DNA of 64,000 bases from Eledone cirrhosa (taxonomy: Eukaryota): the NCBI GenBank assembly GCA_964016885.1, contig OZ024740.1, positions 283,340,001 to 283,404,000 of the forward strand, read 5' to 3'. Of the stretch, positions 1 through 14,168 are shown one piece after another. Every line of letters starts with the position of its first letter. Positions within the stretch are counted from its first letter, which is position 1. The position numbers were made by a program, and so were the translations under genes. The notes under the pieces are model-generated. The model was not told the DNA's origin. It was given only the letters and a program-made list of their open reading frames with translations, and ran no database searches.

Positions 1-85
1 GTGGAGAACTTAATATTGCTAACATCAACTTATTGGACCATTTTACACAACCAATAATACACCTTACTATATAACAACTATATAG

Positions 86-87
86 AC

Positions 88-175
<88 letters not shown>
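86..175. repeat. (GATA)n microsatellite
   Basis: Direct tandem GATA run. Confidence 0.97.
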
Positions 176-176
<1 letters not shown>

Positions 177-177
177 T

Positions 178-430
178 GTATAAAATAATTAAGTCAAATA
201 TGTAAAATTTGGCTTCGTTTATTATAAATTAAAAATTAGCTATATATATTCCGGTGACATCCATCATTGTCTGTGACCCCTTCAGACAGTCTGAATTGGT
301 GTGGAAAAGACAGGTACACATGTTGAAGTGCATTTTACACCGTCAATACATCGATATGTCCACCTCCTGTGTGTGTTGTTATTCCTCCGAGGAACTGGAA
401 TCATATGTCGGTAAACAACCAACATATACT
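178..430 (-). mobile_element. Older copy of the hammerhead-bearing element found at 52021-52380 (degenerate core)
   Basis: Shares aagtcaaatat...aatttggcttcgtttatta and gaattggtgtgg...ggtacacatgttg with 52030-52155; core decayed to CTGAAGG...GGAA. Confidence 0.7.
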
Positions 431-584
431 CAATATATATATATATATATTGGAAAATGTGTGAGATCCTTGGTACAGTTAGGTATATTTGAAAAAAAGG
501 AAAAGAATGATTCACTTATAGGGTTAAACATTTTTTGATTTTATGTGTTATATTATAATATTATGAGTGTCTATTATTATAACA

Positions 585-778
585 TTTCGGACGCCATGCT
601 TTGCAGCATAGAGTTACGGCTCTTTATGATCTGAGCTCAAATCCCGCCGAGGTTATCTTTGCCTTTCATCCTTATGGGGTCGATAAAATAAAGTACCAGT
701 CACGCACTGGGGTCGATTTAATCGACTTTCCCCTCCCCCAAATTACTGGCCTTGTGCCTATATAAGAAACCGTTATTA
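585..778 (+). mobile_element. tRNA-derived SINE (family 1), 5'-truncated
   Basis: B-box-like gagctcaaatccc followed by conserved body tttgcctttcatcc...ggggtcgataaaataaagtaccagt. Confidence 0.85.
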
Positions 779-839
779 TAACATTAAATCAAAAACTTTT
801 TAACACTACAGGTGAAGTCATTCTTTTCCCTTTTCTCAA

Positions 840-840
<1 letters not shown>

Positions 841-901
<61 letters not shown>

Positions 902-908
902 ATATACG

Positions 909-997
<89 letters not shown>

Positions 998-1011
998 ATA
1001 TATATGTATGT

Positions 1012-1052
<41 letters not shown>

Positions 1053-1091
1053 TATATATACGTATATATATATGTATATATATATATATAC

Positions 1092-1151
<60 letters not shown>
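841..1151. repeat. (TA)n/(TG)n/(TATG)n compound microsatellite
   Basis: Direct; representative of dozens of such tracts in the window. Confidence 0.97.
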
Positions 1152-1154
<3 letters not shown>

Positions 1155-1159
<5 letters not shown>

Positions 1160-1530
1160 AGATCAAAAGATGGTTAAATGAGTTCCATGTATTTTATTAT
1201 GCGCATTTCAAAAACAAATATCATCATGCAATAACATTTGTGTTTTCATCAGATAAAATAGGAGGACATGATATGAAGGTTAAAAAACACTTGTGGATAG
1301 TGCAGTTTTAAATCAACATATATGTTGATTTAAAACTGCACTATGATGAAAACACAAATGTTATTGCATGATGATATTTGTTTTTGAAATGCGCATAATA
1401 AAATACATGGAACTCTTTTAACCATCTTTCGATCTTATATATTATGTATACTCCAGTCCTACAAACTGTAGAGTGCTTCTTATCCGATATCTGCATTGCT
1501 TTATTGTACTACAATAAAACTCACCTCCTA
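1155..1530. mobile_element. Fold-back (head-to-head) hammerhead element, family A, between TA tracts
   Basis: 1155-1251 is the reverse complement of 1344-1440; central palindrome centred at 1320/1321; homologous to 36395-36590, 43035-43262 and 50100-50335. Confidence 0.85.
1186..1270 (-). ncRNA. Type I hammerhead ribozyme motif (family A)
   Basis: Minus strand reads TATTTTAT-CTGATGA-long stem II-GAAA-TGCGCA-TA-ATAAAATA; all core nucleotides and three helices present. Confidence 0.85.
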
Positions 1531-1531
1531 C

Positions 1532-1567
<36 letters not shown>

Positions 1568-2139
1568 ATTGTTAATACGGTGTATTACGTATTACGTGCT
1601 CTTAAAAGATTTTCCTCGATAAATAATAAAACACTCAACAGTTTTCTGGACACTACTCCACAACTGTATCTCCTCTGTATGTGTATTCATGTTTGCGCGT
1701 GTGTGTGTGTACGAGTGCGCTTGCGTGTATGTATGCACATGTATGTATGCACATGTATGTATGTATGTATGTATTTATGTATGTATGTATGTATGTATGT
1801 ATGTGTGCATGTATCAGTGCGTGAATCTGTATGTGTTGTATAGTTTACGTTTATTTAACACCTGAGCTAAGCAGCAGCATCTCTCATTATATGGCTTTCC
1901 TTTAGACTGCGACGACGACAGCAGCAATTGCAGCAGCAACAGCAACAGCAACAAACAGCAGCATTAGCAACAACGGCGGCAGCGTAAGCAACAGCTGCAG
2001 CAGCAAATATTCCAACCGTTTTCTGGAACTCAATTCTTGTCTTTATATGTCATATTTAGAATTGGTGTGACGGTGGCGTTGTCTGTGACAACAAATGCTG
2101 GGAACGGTTGTTCCGTTTGTGTGCTGTTCTAGGTAATGG

Positions 2140-2363
2140 TAGCGTTAGTAGTGGTGGTGGTGGTGGTGTTGATGGTAGCGTTAGTGGTGGTGTTGGTGGT
2201 GGTGGTGGTGGTGGTGGTGTCGCTGGTTCTTGTGCTGGTTCATTACGGTTGGTTTCTTGTACAGTTGATTGTGTGATATAATTGTTGGTCGTGCTATGTG
2301 GTACGGTGTGGTTATGTGTGGTGGTGATAGGTGATGTTAGTGCTGCTGCTAGTGGTGGTGGTG

Positions 2364-2409
<46 letters not shown>

Positions 2410-2525
2410 CCAGAGCAGCAGTAGTAGTGGTGGTGGTGATGGTGGTAGTAGTACTAGTAGTAGTAGTAGTAGTAGTAGTAGCCAGAGCAGCAGTAGTAGT
2501 GGTGGTGCTGGTGATGGTGGTAGTG

Positions 2526-2607
<82 letters not shown>

Positions 2608-2677
2608 GAGTATTAGCAGTAGTAGCAGTAGTAGTAGTTGTGGTGGTGGTGGTGGTGGTGGTGGTGGTATCGGTGGC

Positions 2678-2744
<67 letters not shown>

Positions 2745-2799
2745 GTAGTAGTAGTGGCAGCAGTAGTAGTAGTAGTAGTGGTGGTGGTGATGGTGGTGA

Positions 2800-2850
<51 letters not shown>

Positions 2851-2903
2851 CAGTAGTAGCAGCAGCAGAAGCGGTGGCAGCAGCAGCAGCAGAAGCAGCA
2901 GCT

Positions 2904-2936
<33 letters not shown>

Positions 2937-4200
2937 TGGTTTAGTAGAACTAATGCAGTGTGCTAGAGTTTATGATAGTGGTGATGGATAATGACAGTTG
3001 TTTACTGCGATGTACACTGGTGCTGGTGGTGAGTGTGTTGATACTGGTGTTGAAGGTATGTTGTGTTGAAGAGGTGGTGGCGGTGCTGGTGTTGCTGGTG
3101 GTGCTGGTGGTGGTGATGGTGGTGGTTGTGGTGGTGGTAGCGGTGGTAGTGGTGGAGGTGGTGGTAATGGTGATGGTGGTGCTGGTTGTGGTGCTGGTGG
3201 TGATGGTAGTGGTAGTGGTAGTAGTGGTTCTGGTAGTAGTGGTGGTAGCGGTGGTGGTGGTGGTGGTGGTGATGGTGCTGGTGGTGATGGTAGTGGTGGT
3301 AGTGGTGGTGGTGGTGGTGGTGGTGGTGGTGGTGGTGGTGGTGGTGTTGGTGGTAGTGGTGGTAGTGGTGTTGGTGGTAGTGGTGGTGGTGGTGGTGGTA
3401 GTGGTGATGGTGGTGACGGTAGTGGTGGTAGTGGTGGTAGTGGTGCTGGTTGTGGTGCTGGTCGTGATGGTAGTGGTAGTGGTTGTAGTGGTGGTGGTAG
3501 TAGTGGTGGTAGCGGTGGTGGTAGTGGTGGTAGTGTTGATGGTTGTGACGGAAGTGGTGGTAGTGGTGCTGGTGGTGATGGTAGTGGTGGTGGCAGTAGT
3601 GGTGGTAGCGGTTGTAATGGTGGTAGTGGTGGTGGTGGTGGTAGTGGTGATGGTGGTGACGGTAGTGGTGGTAGTGGTCCTAGTGGTGCTGGTTGTGGTG
3701 CTGGTGGTGATGGTAGTGGTAGTGGTAGTAGTGGTAGTGGTAGTAGTGGTGGTAGCGGTTGTAATGGTGGTAGTGGTGGTGGTGGTGGTGGTGGTAGTGG
3801 TGTTGGTGGTAGTGGTGGTGGTGGTGGTGGTAGTGGTGATGGTGGTGACGGTAGTGGTGGTAGTGGTGGTAGTGGTGCTGGTTGTGGTGCTGGTGGTGAT
3901 GGTAGTGGTTGTGGTAGTAGTGGTGGTGGTAGTAGTGGTGGTAGTGGTGGCGGTGGTGGTAGTGGTTGTGGTAGTAGTGGTGGTGGTAGTAGTGGTGGTA
4001 GTGGTGGCGGTGGTGGTAGTGGTGGTGGTGAAGGTGGTAGTGGTGGTAGTGTTGATGGTTGTGACGGTAGTGGTGGGGTAGTGGTGCTGGTGGTGATGGT
4101 AGTGGTGGTGGCAGTAGTGGTGGTAGCGGTTGTAATGGTGGTAGTGGTGGTGGTGGTGGTGGTGGCGATGGTGGCGGTGGCGGTGGTGGTTTGTGGTGGT
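2140..4200. repeat. (GGT)n/(AGT)n low-complexity triplet region with internal duplications
   Basis: Poly-Val/Ser/Gly/Thr frames only; repeated blocks such as ggtagcggttgtaatggtggt. Confidence 0.9.
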
Positions 4201-4337
4201 GGTTTGTGGTGGTGCTAGCGGCGGTCACATTCATATCAATGGTGATGGTAATGGTGGTCATGTTAATGTTGGTGCTATTGGTGAGTCTGTTAGAAGCAGT
4301 GGTGTTTGGTGATGGTGGAAAGGACGTGTTATTAGTA

Positions 4338-4525
4338 AGGTGGATTGGCAGTATCGGTAGAGGATCGGACGCCATGCTTTCCAGCATAGTTACGTCCCTT
4401 TATTATCTGAGTTCAAATCCCGCCGAGGTTGACTTTGCCTTTTATCCTTACGGGGTCGATAAAATAAAGTACCAGTAATGCACTGGGTAATTTGCTGGCC
4501 CTGTGCCTAAAGTAGAAACAGTTAT
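4338..4525 (+). mobile_element. SINE family 1, full length
   Basis: A-box tggcagtatcgg, B-box gagttcaaatcc, conserved body and agtagaaaca end. Confidence 0.9.
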
Positions 4526-4667
4526 TAGTAAGGGTGGTGGCTGTGCTAATAATAGTGATGTTGGTAGTGAAAGCAGTTTAGGCATCAGTGATAGTAGGGA
4601 TTGTAGTGACTAAAGGTAAGGTAGTAGTAGTGGTAGGTGAGTTGCTGGACCAAATAGCTGTCTAGAC

Positions 4668-5195
4668 CAACATTTCTCTTGTGGAACCCCCAGAAATACA
4701 TTTAATGCCTCAGGGAACCCCCGCTGTAAAATTATTATATACCATTATTGGCAGTATCGGTAGAGGGACGGACGCCATGCTTTGAAACATAGAGTTACCT
4801 CCCTTTATGATCTGAGTTCAAATCCCGCCGAGGTTAACTTTGCCTTTCATCCTTACGAGGTCGATAAAAATAAAGTACCAGTAATACACTGGGATAATTG
4901 CTGGCCGTGTGCAAAAAGTAGAAACAATTATTGACAGTATCGGTAGAGCATCGAACAACGTCTTTTGAGGCACAGAGTTATGGCCCTTTACGTTCTGGGT
5001 TCAAATCCCGCCGAGGTTAACTTTGCCTTTCATCCTTACGAGGTCGATAAAAATAAAGTACCAGTAATACACTGGGATAATTGCTGGCCTTGTGCCTCAA
5101 GTAGAAACAATTATTTTTAATTAAATGCATTAGCTTACTTATCACTGTTTCTGGCGGATCCTTAGGGTCCGGGGGACATTGGTTGAGGAACGTTG
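4668..5195. mobile_element. hAT (Charlie-type) MITE containing two nested SINEs
   Basis: 8-bp TSD gtctagac/gtctagat (NTCTAGAN type); imperfect TIRs caacatttctc / gaggaacgttg. Confidence 0.65.
4748..5115 (+). mobile_element. Two tandem SINE family 1 copies
   Basis: Two consecutive SINE bodies. Confidence 0.9.
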
Positions 5196-5424
5196 GTCTA
5201 GATTAAGGAACTAGTGACGGATAGTGTATTGGTGCTGGTTGTAATAGTGGTGAGTCTGGATTTGGCAGTTTTTTTCAGTAAATGTTGTAATGTTGTGGTA
5301 GTATGTAGTGGTACGGCACGGTGGTAGTGTTCAAGTGGTAGTGTCTTTAATGGTTTGAGGAAATTACTACGGGTATGGGTAGTTACGGTTGTGGTGGGGG
5401 TGTGCAAATTTCTTGTTCGTTATT

Positions 5425-5945
5425 AGGGTTGTTGTTGTTGGTGGTGGTGGTGGTGGTGGTGGTGGTAGTGATAGTGGTGGTGACGGTGGTGGTGGTGGTG
5501 GTGGTTGTGGTGGTGATGGTGGTCGTGGTGGTGATGGTGGTCGTGGTGGTGATGGTGTGGTTGAGTGTGAAGGTGGGGGTCGTCGTCGTCGTCGTAGTGA
5601 TGGTGGTGGTGGTGGTGGTGGTGGTGGTGGTGGCGATGGTGGTCGTGGTGGTGATGGTGGGGGTGGGGCGGAAGGTGGGGGTCGTCGTCATCGTAGTGAT
5701 GGTGGTGGTGGTGGTGGTGGTGGTGGTGGTGATGGTGGTGATGGTGTTAGTATTGTTGTTTGGGAAGGTGATAGTGGTAGGTATTGGTGTTAGTGATGGT
5801 GTTGATGTTGGTGATGGTGATGGTGATGGTGTGAATGATGGTGGTGGTTTGTGGTAGTTGTGGTAGGCATGGTATTCGTTTACGTGTTGATGCTGGATTA
5901 TGGTGCTGGTGCTGGTGGTGGTGGTGGTGGTGGTGGTTGTGGCCA
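5425..5945. repeat. (GGT)n-rich low-complexity repeat
   Basis: Direct; internal duplicated block gaaggtgggggtcgtcgtc. Confidence 0.9.
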
Positions 5946-6414
5946 TGGGGAGGGCGAGGGAACACTGTCGGTGGCTGTGACATTTACAACAGCTGCAACG
6001 ACAGCAGCAGTAACAGCAGTAGCAATAACTTCTACTGCACAGTTACTGGAGCACCTTCAGCAGTAACAGCAATAGCCACAACGACAGCAGCAGCAGCGGT
6101 AGGAGCAACAGTAGGAGTAACAACACCACTAGCATTTTCAGCAGCAAAAATCTCCAGTATCAGAAACAGCAGCAATTTCTAGAGCACCAGAAGTAGCCAC
6201 AACAACAACATCAACAGCAACTACAGCAGCAACAGAAGGGACCAGAACGACAGTAGCAACATCAGCAGTGACAATAACAACATCATCTACAGCATAAGTA
6301 ATAGCAACAGTAGTGGCCCTAACACAACAGCAGCAATATCAGTTACCACAATAACTATAGCAACAAAAATTATTGCAGCAGCAGAAACACTGACCACAAC
6401 AGCACAGCAACTAA

Positions 6415-6780
6415 TAATTGTTTCTACTTTTGGCACAAGGCCAGCAATTACCCAGTGCATTACTGGTACTTTATTTTATCGACCCCGTAAGGATGAAAGG
6501 CAAAGTTAACCCCGGCGGGATTTGAACTCAGACCGTAAAGGGACGTAACTATGTTGGAAAGCATGGCGTCCGACTCTCTACCAACACAGCAACTAATAAT
6601 GATTTCTAGTATAGACACAAGGCCAATAATGTTGAGGGAGGAGAAAGTCGATTAAATCGACCCCGTAAGGATGAAAGGCAAAGTTAACCTCAGCGGGATT
6701 TGAACTCAGACCGTAAAGGACCGTAACTTTATGCTGCAAAGCATGGTGTCCGACTCTCTACCGATACTGCCAATCCACCG
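6415..6780 (-). mobile_element. Two SINE family 1 copies
   Basis: Reverse complement of the SINE consensus, twice. Confidence 0.9.
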
Positions 6781-7944
6781 CCTGTAGCATCAGCAACAAT
6801 AACAACAAGCTTTACAGCACCAGCAACAACTTCAGCAATAACAGCAACCTCATAATTAGTAGCAGCAACAATAGTAGCTACAACAACAATAGCCACAACA
6901 ACAACAGCAGTAGGAAAACGAATAGACTCAACACCAACGGCTGTGACAATAAGAGTAGCTACAAAAACAGCAACATCAAGAGTAACTACAAGATTTGCAG
7001 CAGCACCAAATGTGCCCACAAAAACTTCAGCAGTTCCAACAGTAGCCATAGCAATAGCAGCAACAACAATAGAAACAATAATATCTGCAACAACAGCAGC
7101 AGTTGAAGCAATAGCAATAGTGCATTGTCATAATCACTAATCACTGGTCACTAAAATGTTGATCTAACTTGTTGAAAGTGATCCAGAGTTTAAACATGAG
7201 GAAATTGGAGGGATGATATATGATATGGTCACTTGAATATAACGGGGCAATAATGGTGGGGGCACTGTATATAGAGAAACCTGAGATCGGAGAAGATGGA
7301 AGTGTTAGAGGGTGTAGAGTAACCAGAGAAAACAGGGTTGACGAAATAGAATAGTTTGGAGGAGAATGGAAACATTTAGAGGTTTGAAATGATAAAGAGT
7401 AGCTTGAGAAGATTTGAGAAATATTAAGGGGTAAAAAATTATCGGGTAGCTTGAACATGGAGAAATATTGAGGTGTGAAGTGATATCAGGTAGCTTGAGG
7501 TGGCTGTGGGGAAAGACTAGAACGAACTGAATATAGGGTAGATTAAGATTTGAAAACAGAAATGCAGGGAAAATCAGAGGATATTGAAATTTAGATGAGT
7601 GAAAGAATAAACTGCAGCCTTAGGAATCCCCGAGGAGATTGGAGAAACCTAAAGAGCTGCAAGAATATAGGGTAGCTGGATGAGACTTCAAGAATTAAGT
7701 GGGTGGAAAAACTATATGGTAGATGGGAGCTATTGGAGGAATATGGAAAGTTCAATTGCTATAGGGTAGCCTGGAGGAATTGAGGTTTCGGATGGTATTT
7801 GGTAGTTTGGAGTAATTGGAGGAATTTAGAGGGTTGAGATGGTGTACGGTAGTCTGGGGGAGATTGGAGGAGTTAAGAGGGTTGACATTATATAGGGTAA
7901 CTAGAAGGCAACTGGAAGAATTTGTAGTTAGGGTTAGGGCTAGG

Positions 7945-8680
7945 AGTGCAGTGATGGCAAAAGATCGCGGATTGAGTATTACGAAGATCGCAGAAGAAAC
8001 GGGCTTGGATAAAAATGCAGGCCACAGAATTTTAACAGGCTATTTGCACGTGCGAAAAATTGATGCAAAACTAGTGCCCAAACTGTGAAGCAAAAGGAGA
8101 ACCAATTGGAAATGTATAAGGATGTGGTAGAAACATTCGAAATTGAGGCAAATTTCTTGGATAAAATAACAATATCTGAATTGTTGGTGTTCGAGTGTTA
8201 TCCAGAAACAAAAATAAGTGAGGATTGAAACACGAAACATTCTCCTCGGCCGAAGAAAGCACGCATGAGCAGATCAAGGGTGAAACGATGATTATGATTT
8301 TTTTTAGACAGATTGTTCACAAAGAATGTTTACCATCAGTTAATCACCCCATCTTACAAAAATGTCTGGAAACGACTTAGAAAATGGCTCCAGCGAGGCC
8401 AAAAAGACATTGCAAGAGATTAGGTACTGACCACGATGATGGACCTACTCACACAGTATTTTCAATGGTGAAGATAAAGATGTACGCACTTCCACGTCGT
8501 CCCTAGAGCCCAGATGTAGCTCCGTGTAATTTCTCCTCTTCTGTAAGTTGAAATGGAATTTGAAAGGTCCTCATTTTAGGACAGTGGAAAAGATACCAAA
8601 AATGGTAACAGACGAGCTGAGGACACTCACAGAAAAGAATTTCCACTATGCGACTTCCCAAGGGTCTTATTTTGAACTTG
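7945..8680 (+). pseudogene. Decayed mariner (Tc1/mariner) transposase
   Basis: DRGLSITKIAEETGL...HRIL...RKIDAKLVPKL (HTH plus WVPxxL motif) and P*SPDVAPCNF (YSPDLAPxDF motif) near 8500; multiple stops and frameshifts. Confidence 0.85.
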
Positions 8681-8761
8681 CAATTTCATGTTCATTTATA
8701 TAAAATATCAGTACTCTTACTTTTGGGACAAAAGTCGTTTTTATATATATATATATAAAGC

Positions 8762-8867
<106 letters not shown>

Positions 8868-8879
8868 AACAAAATATAT

Positions 8880-9000
8880 ATAACGCACCAGAGTACTCGA
8901 TACTTAGGGTAGTAGAGTGGGTAATATAAAAAGAGTCAGTATCCCGGCGACTGAACTCCGGCCGTTTCGACAGCTAGATCCGAACTCAGTTCTTTTCATA
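8880..9000 (-). mobile_element. Fragment of TA-associated element family C
   Basis: Reverse complement of the cactctactaccc...gagtactctggtgcgtta motif seen at 10660, 15510 and 52780. Confidence 0.7.
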
Positions 9001-9761
9001 TATATATATATATATACAGTATATATCTATATATATATCTATCTATATATATATATATGTGTGATTGTGTGTGTGTGTGTATGTATGCGTCTGTGTGTGT
9101 GTGTGTGTGTGTACACGCACACCATATCAAATGAAATGGCAGTAGCTTATAACTTTCGTCTCGCTGACACGTTTCTTAGTCGATCGAACTGAGTTATGTA
9201 CCATAGGTGTTTCCTCACACAACTGTGTGTGAGTGTTTGCCTCATTGTTTCATTGTTAATGTGTATGTATGTGATGAACTGTTAGAGCGCTGGGGGTCTT
9301 AGTTCGCTGCGATCCTAGTTCAAATACCGCCAGGATCCAGTTTGACTTTCATTTTTTCACAGTCGGTAAACATAATGCATTATTCTTTCCTTCCTGCTGT
9401 CGATTCTCGTATGTGCCACCGGATAAAGTGCGGAGGGATAAGGAGGGTATTTATTCAACACTGCATGGGCACTCAAAACATTTTGAGGTAACATGCTAAA
9501 TTCTCAATTGCGAGTGACGGTCGTAGATTATTAATGGTTTAGACTGCAACTCTACTGGGGCAACACATTCTTTAGTCGATCGCATCGATTCCAGTAGATT
9601 TCCTTTTTACAACTAGCACATATTTTAATCAATCCCTTTAGACAAACGGTTGAATTACCGCACACAGACACACACATACACACAACACACAAAAGGTCAC
9701 GCGCGCACACACAGAGTAAGAGTTTATTTTCATTTAATTTAAATATATATATATATATATA

Positions 9762-9900
<139 letters not shown>

Positions 9901-10051
9901 CTCAATTCTACTTTTGAAAAGCATAAGGACTGTGGAAACGGTAAAGGAAACAAATAAATATTCTTTAATAGACTCCAGTTGCATTTTCGATTTCTTTTCC
10001 TTATATATAAGAGATGTCAACATGAATGAACATCATCTTATTTCTCATTCT

Positions 10052-10090
10052 TTCTTCTGATGAAGTACTAGCGTCCGAAATGTTAAGACC
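10052..10090 (+). ncRNA. Possible degenerate minimal hammerhead motif
   Basis: CTGATGA at 10057-10063 and GAAA at 10077-10080 followed by TGTTA; helices weak; host element 9897-10175 lies between microsatellites and is partly shared with 53690-53830. Confidence 0.45.
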
Positions 10091-10175
10091 CTGTTCCTGC
10101 TATATCAAGCGTTAACGTAATATATCCCTTCCATATACTGTACCGATTGTGTTGTTATTTTTGTTTACTTTTTAC

Positions 10176-10233
<58 letters not shown>

Positions 10234-10354
10234 TATTAAGGATACTATTTAAGGTTATGTATATACTAAAACTTTATATATATAGTTTTAGTATATATAA
10301 TTGTTTCATCCAGGGTTGTTTAAAATACTAACATATATATATATATACATTTAC

Positions 10355-10530
<176 letters not shown>

Positions 10531-10573
10531 ATATACATATACATATATATATATACATATACATATATATATA

Positions 10574-10732
10574 TAGGAACGAGTAGGACCTCGACGGCTG
10601 AGCACCAGCCGTCGAAACGGGTTGAGCTCAGCCGTCGGGGTCCTACTCGTACCTATTACCCACTCTACTACCCTAAGTATTGAGCACTTTGGTGCGTTAT
10701 GGTCCACTTGGTTCCTTACCACATTTCCTTCG

Positions 10733-10735
<3 letters not shown>
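10574..10735 (+). mobile_element. Fold-back element family C in a TA tract
   Basis: ataggaacgagtaggac...gtcctactcgtacctat inverted arms plus family C 3' end. Confidence 0.8.
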
Positions 10736-10775
<40 letters not shown>

Positions 10776-10780
<5 letters not shown>

Positions 10781-10905
10781 CTTTCCTGCTGATTTCCTTC
10801 GAATGAAACAGTTCTAGTCCTGTAGAACCCATTTGTATATTAAATATGTATACTCTGTTATTATTGAATACCTTACTTACTCTGGTTACCCTCGATTGAA
10901 CACGA
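10776..10905 (+). mobile_element. Hammerhead-like element family E (core CTGCTGA variant)
   Basis: Homologous to 61298-61420; stem I tagggct/agtcctg; GAAA at 10805. Confidence 0.65.
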
Positions 10906-10962
10906 CACACACACACACACACAGACACACACACACACACAGACACACACAGACACACGCAC

Positions 10963-11070
<108 letters not shown>

Positions 11071-12014
11071 GTATTTATATATATATATATATCTGAAACA
11101 GGTAAAAGAGTAAAAGAGTAATATATATATATTATATATATATTTATTTATATGCGTGTGTTCAGAAAGAAAATGAAGACATGGAAAGGCTAAAGAAAAA
11201 AGTATCTAAGACAGAGATTTTGTGTATCGGTGTTTGTATATATGTGTATTGGCGTATGGTCGTATGTAAATGCACGTATGTATGTATGTATGTACGTACG
11301 TATGTATGTATGTACGTACGTATGTATGTATGTACGTGTGTGTGTGTATGAATGTATGAACGTATGAATTTATTTTTACTGAATTCTGCGTGCGTGTGTT
11401 TGTGTATGTATGAAACTGAGTTCGTGAGAAAAGTGAGAGAAAGTGAGAAACAGAGAGAGAAAAAAAAGTGTGTGAAAGAATAAGAGAGAGTGTGTATGTG
11501 TGAGTTAAAAAAGAAAGAAAGAGAAAGAGTAAAATTAAGAATATATATTTGTGTATGATTGCGTTTGTTTATGTGTAAATGTCTATATTTGTGAGTGTGT
11601 GTGTATGTATATGTGTCTGTGCGGAACTAAAATCGTGAAAATGAGGCAGAGGAGAGCGGATATACAATTACTTGGCGAGTAGGAGAGTAAGGTTGTCTAT
11701 GTGAGTGAGAGAGAGGAAATTTTGACTGTAGCAGACGATCACACAGTATAGGAAGCGATAGAAAGGGAGGGAGAGCTTGGAAGTGATAGACAAACACACA
11801 TACAGAGAGACGGGAGAGAGAGTCTGGTTGAATTTTGAGTGAGGGTAAATCTTCAATGAAGGAGACGATCCTGCAGTAGAGAATGTGAGAGAGAGAGAGA
11901 GAGAGAAACACAGAGAGATTGTGAGACTAAAAGAGAGAGACGCACACAAGCTGAGACTGGATGTGAGTGTGAAAGAGAGGAAGACATTTTCATTGAAGCA
12001 GACGATCTTGCAGT

Positions 12015-12049
<35 letters not shown>

Positions 12050-12073
12050 CTGAGATACAGAGAGGAGAGAGAC

Positions 12074-12114
<41 letters not shown>

Positions 12115-12624
12115 TTACATACTAAGAAAGAGTGACAGTGAGAAAAGAGGGTGAGAGGGAAAGGAAAAAATAGAAATAGGTGGAGTGAGAAAAAGAAGTG
12201 GTGTGAGAGAGAGTGAGAGCCAATTCGGCGACTGGCGGCAAATGGAATGTTGGTTGCTCACTGACGAAGACAACTGTTGCAAGCGGTAAGCTTCGGAATT
12301 TTTTCATCTCTACTATTTTCATCTCTCCATCGCAATCTTCTTCCTTCAGTCGCTGATTTTCTGTGATAACCCTTATCGTATTGCTATAATAATTATTAAT
12401 TACTGTGATTATTATTAGCATTCTTAATATTATTAATAGCAGTATTAATATATGTTTGTCACTATATACGGGAGCGTGTATGTGTGTATATATGGTTATG
12501 TGTGTGTTTCTGTGCATGTGTGTATGTGTGTGTGTGTATATACACGGGTATATGCGTATACACGGGGCCGTATTATGTAAAGATATATATAGCAACGTAG
12601 AACTCAATGAATATTAAACATAGA

Positions 12625-12655
<31 letters not shown>

Positions 12656-12696
12656 CATATATACATATGCATGTGTGTTTATGTGTGTTTATGTGT

Positions 12697-12744
<48 letters not shown>

Positions 12745-12754
12745 GTGTGTGTGC

Positions 12755-12821
<67 letters not shown>

Positions 12822-13279
12822 TTTGCATGTGTAAGCCGTCGCGTGGTATTTCGATATTTTGCATGTATGTAACTCTTGTTGAAAATAAATAAACACGTCA
12901 TTGATTTCGACAGAAAAGGCATGCACATCTCACAATCTCACAAATCTTTACATAAATTACCATAAATATATATCCCGAATAATCCCTTACATTACTCTCT
13001 GCTTGGCGGGTGGTGCACCTGACAAGCTGGCTGGGATGGAGCGAAAACTTCCAACGCGTGTTCAAACATACACAGAACCGGTATAGACAGTACTTTTACT
13101 TTCACTTTTGCTGTCACGCTGTCCGTACTAGTTGTTGGTTGTTGTGTGATAACAAGTCTAGATACTTTATAAACATCATAAACAACACAAATATCACACA
13201 GATCACATATGTCGTACACATGTTTTCTCACACTACCTTATTGATATTAGCGTCAGGTGTCATCATCAACACCGCCACC

Positions 13280-13281
13280 AC

Positions 13282-13335
<54 letters not shown>

Positions 13336-13405
13336 TTTCCTTGTAGACATCGTCATCACACCTTCAGCATCTGTATCATCATCATCGGATTCATCATCAT
13401 CATCG

Positions 13406-13465
<60 letters not shown>

Positions 13466-13497
13466 GTATCATCATCATCATCATCATCAGTATCAGT

Positions 13498-13534
<37 letters not shown>

Positions 13535-13745
13535 GTATCATCATCATCATCATCATCAGTATCATCATCAGTATCATCATCAGTATCATCATCATCATCA
13601 GTATCATCATCAGTATCATCATCATCATCATCATCAGTATCATTATCATTATCATCATCAGTATCATCATCATCATCATCAGTATCTATCATCATCAGTA
13701 TCATCATCAGTATCATCATCATCATCAGTATCATCATCATCATCA
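13280..13745. repeat. (CAT)n microsatellite with CAGTAT interruptions
   Basis: Direct. Confidence 0.95.
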
Positions 13746-13789
13746 TTACCATCATCGTCATCACTGTAATAATTATGATGATTCTAATA

Positions 13790-14004
13790 ATGATTTCTAG
13801 TATAGGCACAAGGCCAGTAATTTGATGGGGAGGGGGAAAGTCGATTAAATGTACCCCAGTACATTACTGGTACATTATTTTATCGACCCCGAAAGGATGA
13901 AAAGGCAAAGTTTACCTCGGCGGGATTTAAACTCAGAACGTAAAGGATCATAACTCTATGCTGCAAAGCATAGTGTCTGGCGCTCTACCGATACTAATAC
14001 TAAA

Positions 14005-14058
<54 letters not shown>

Positions 14059-14110
14059 TGTTTCTACTTTAGGCACAAGGCCAGCAATTACCCAGTGCAT
14101 TACTGGTACT

Positions 14111-14168
<58 letters not shown>

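Noticed and set aside
789-1311. [12 protein letters not shown] and RERE ORFs here and throughout the window
   Set aside because: Translations of dinucleotide microsatellites, not genes
2282-4387. Signal-peptide-like start followed by Gly/Ser-rich and poly-Val ORFs
   Set aside because: Open frames are explained by GGT/AGT triplet repeats; the start is non-ATG and no unique domain is present
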